This document shows positions 61,181-64,000 of a stretch of 64,000 bases of DNA, piece by piece. The notes beneath the pieces are model-generated. The model saw only the letters and a program-made list of their open reading frames with translations, did not search any database and was not told the DNA's origin. The position numbers and the translations under genes are program-made. Position 1 is the stretch's first letter, and each line of letters begins with the position of its first letter. Origin of the DNA: Botryllus schlosseri (Eukaryota); contig CM119372.1 of assembly GCA_051294905.1 (NCBI GenBank), positions 29,452,001-29,516,000 of the forward strand, in the 5' to 3' direction.

Positions 61181-63880
61181 AATGTTTGTGCACACTGATA
61201 TTCATATAATACTGCTACAAAAATTTTCTGTTTCCGCTGCACTACCAATGGACGCTGTTTTATATATAGTTTTAGCAGTCTCTATTCGATGCCCGAGCCC
61301 TATTTATGCTTGGAGGGGGTTTCATTTGTTTGAGCAAGTTTTGAAAAGTGGTTCTAATTGATAGGGTATGTTGCTCAGTCATAAGATCAATCACTACACG
61401 CTTTTGACATCCTACCCACTGCTTCAGTGCTTAATTTTACCTATAAAATCAGAAATTTGCTTGTAACTTTTTTTCTGTTCATTTTTAAGAGTAAGTACTA
61501 TGGAAGTGAGATAGAAACATGTTGCTTCTGCATCTTTTAAGCCCAAAACTGACTTTCTAGTGTAAGTGATGATCAAGATATGGCGAAATTAGCTGTTTTT
61601 GGCTCGTTCGGTGAAATTGCACGACCACTAGAGGGTGTACGAACCCAAAATTATGATAGAATTTATTTGTTTACTATTTGGCACCACATATCATAACCCT
61701 TTTTGGAAATTCAAAAATTTTCATTTTTCACTCCACCCTATTGACTCAGGTCATCTTCTCAAAGTACGGAAATGACTCGACTCATTGCGCATGACTTGAG
61801 ACTCAGACGGCCAAGACCGACATTTCATGATTATTTCAAAGAATAGTACAGCAAATCGCTATTGGGATTTCGCCTATTGATATTGGTATTTGAAAATGCG
61901 GCCAGAAACTGCTAAAAGTAAGGAAAATTCGTATATTATAAATGCGACCCACTCGATATCACAAAAAATATAATAAGTTGGTTTAACAAGACCTAAATTG
62001 GAAACTAAGCAGCTAACACAATGACTTATACTCTGGCTCGAGTCATAATACCATAACTCGGACTCGGCCCTCTGCTCGCTGACTTGGACTCGGACTTGAC
62101 TCGGTGGTGGAATTGAAAATGACTCGAGTCAAAACTATAAAAGTGAAATTGACTTGCGACCCGGAGCCTTGTGACTTGGTTACAACCCTGGCATGAAGCC
62201 TCAATAGTTACATGAGTGGGGTGACTAGACAAAGAACACAGTCACATTTGCAGCATATCATGAATGTCTCTTACTATATGTGATCTTGTTCAAATGGAGG
62301 TTGATGAAAGTGTATTTCCCATTCTTTCCGACTCTGCTATAATTACACCAGACTGGCGACCTTCTTCATGATGCTTCTTGCTGACTGACCAATATTGTCG
62401 CCGCCAACGGTACGAGCGCAAATGTCTGATATGTCAATATAGGAACAGAATTAGTTGACTGTTCATGACCGTCCACGCTCAGAGTTATAAGCCTAAATAT
62501 AATCCAAGCAATACGATCGTCCACTTTGACTGACTGAATTTCTAAAAATAATAAACATAACACCTTGATAGTTTCCACATCTTACGTTTATATATACCGT
62601 CTGCTATCGGCACAACAAAGTATTTAAAAATAACAAAACAGATTCAACATACCACATATCTTGCAAAGGCTTTTGCTTTCATTCAATATGTCATCAAACT
62701 TCTTTAAATCCTCCTTTGTGGTGAGTGGCTTTGGAATTCTTCTAGGATCAATTCCGATATCGTTTTATCATATACAATCTATGGCGGAATAAAAGTTTCG
62801 GATAAGTTCTAAAACGAACACAATTTTCCACACAAAAGTCAATTGCCATACGAAATGCCAAATGCTACGGTCCCATGTTATGTCTACGCCTGGTTTGAAG
62901 AAAGTCAAACAGCTCTAGGCGTCATATACTACAGGCAATTCGAAATACCCCATAAGCTATATGCTACTGCATATATACCTTTTACCCGCTACCTCATTCA
63001 GTCACAATTCCTATATATTTACGGCATTTACCATACAGAAAGAGCGAACTATGCCTGGCTGCTACCTGTTGCGAGTCAAATCTTTGTCACGCGCGATGAC
63101 GTAAATTTGAGTCGCCGATATATTCTAGAAGTCACGCATCGATAATCATATTCCTAAACGTACAACATCTCACTTATTTAGTTATTCTCTGGATAAAACT
63201 ATTATCCATACTCGTTGAACATACGAGATTACCGAAAGAGCGAATATATATCTAATGAAGATCATATATATCAGAAGAAAACGAAACTGTTCGGCCTTAG
63301 AGCAACAACACGAATATTCAACACCGGTGACATCCTCACGCAATAAAACGAAGGTAGAACATTGTTTTCTAATGGATATAACGAAGCTACCGCTTGAGAT
63401 CGAACAAAACCGGATAGTGATTTATCGTTATTGAATGTAACACAAACATTATCCTTTCTACGTCTTTTAGACATACCCGCAAGCGATGGAAAATTCGCAT
63501 TATTAGGTTAACAACGCGATATAATGAAGTCTAACGCATGCCATGGAACAACACCGAGTTGGAATTTATTCTGATTGAATATAACCACAAGACAACCCTA
63601 CTACGTATTTTAGGCATTCTCCCGACACTTAGAAAATCAGAACCTAATCGAGATGATCCCGGATTATCCTTTTACGGTTTTGTGTTTGCTGGGTTGCTAC
63701 CAAGGCAAAACCAATACTTGAGTACTCCAAAATGTACAAGTACTTCGCTATCGACTCAAAAGGTAGTTTTCTATCTACTCTACAAAATCGGTTCTGTAAG
63801 ACTTTAGTACATTGGAAAAGTATTTGAGTCTAAAAATATTAATCCCCATAAAACGTACTGGATGCGGGGTTCGAAGCCTA

Positions 63881-64000
63881 CCCAGCAAACACAGTACAGA
63901 CCAAAGATGTAGAAAAGCCGAGCCGATATAGTAGATATTAGATCTCGGCAGGTCGTAGAAAGGGGGATTTTGTGTCGACTCAATTCAACGTCTTTTCCAT
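63881..64000 (+). mobile_element. Left end of a second CCCAG-ended element of the 56355 family
   Basis: CCCAGCAAACACAGTACAGACC-AAAGATGTAGAAA... matches 56355-56475; runs off the window. Confidence 0.85.

Larger units (their letters stand above)
58981..61740. mobile_element. hATm-like fold-back element with ~0.9-1.07 kb inverted arms
   Basis: TAGGGTGGAGTGAAAAATG termini; 9-bp TSD TTGACTCAG; arms 58981-60057 and about 60830-61740. Confidence 0.9.
58930..62190. mobile_element. hAT-type MITE (GACTC repeats) split by the hATm-like element
   Basis: TIR CAGGGTTGTAA...TTACAACCCTG; 8-bp TSD GCATGAAG. Confidence 0.9.
56355..63693. mobile_element. CCCAG-ended DNA transposon (possibly EnSpm/CACTA-like), non-autonomous, with nested insertions
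   Basis: TIR CCCAGTAAACACA...TGTGTTTGCTGGG; 2-bp TSD TT; the flanks rejoin to match the reverse complement of 32840-32862. The superfamily assignment is inference. Confidence 0.8.

Overview
AT-rich eukaryotic (probably invertebrate animal) DNA with no recognisable host gene; nearly the whole window is nested transposons dominated by one Polinton/Maverick (adintovirus-like) lineage with 5'-AGTAGT...ACTACT-3' ends and 6-bp target-site duplications (TSDs). E1 (1437-23662, TSD CACGTC) and E2 (1751-15421, TSD GTCGTA/GTCGTG, inserted in E1's left terminal repeat) are non-coding fold-back derivatives with inverted arms of about 2.6 kb and 6 kb. E3 (from 27729) is a lone left end. E4 (36846-53437, TSD TGTGAC, ~0.84 kb TIRs) keeps a near-intact protein-primed family B DNA polymerase (one -1 frameshift), two paralogous unknown genes (one with a predicted intron), an acidic/basic protein and a Bcl-2-like ORF. 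Its packaging ATPase is broken and the remainder has decayed to ORF-less DNA shared with E1 and E2. Each Polinton subfamily has its own homogenised repeat unit on a shared terminal scaffold. Also present are several hAT MITEs, two TA-TSD MITEs, a CCCAG-ended element, a hATm-type fold-back element, a tRNA-derived SINE, a LINE 3' end and a Gypsy integrase relic. All identifications are by eye; no searches were run.
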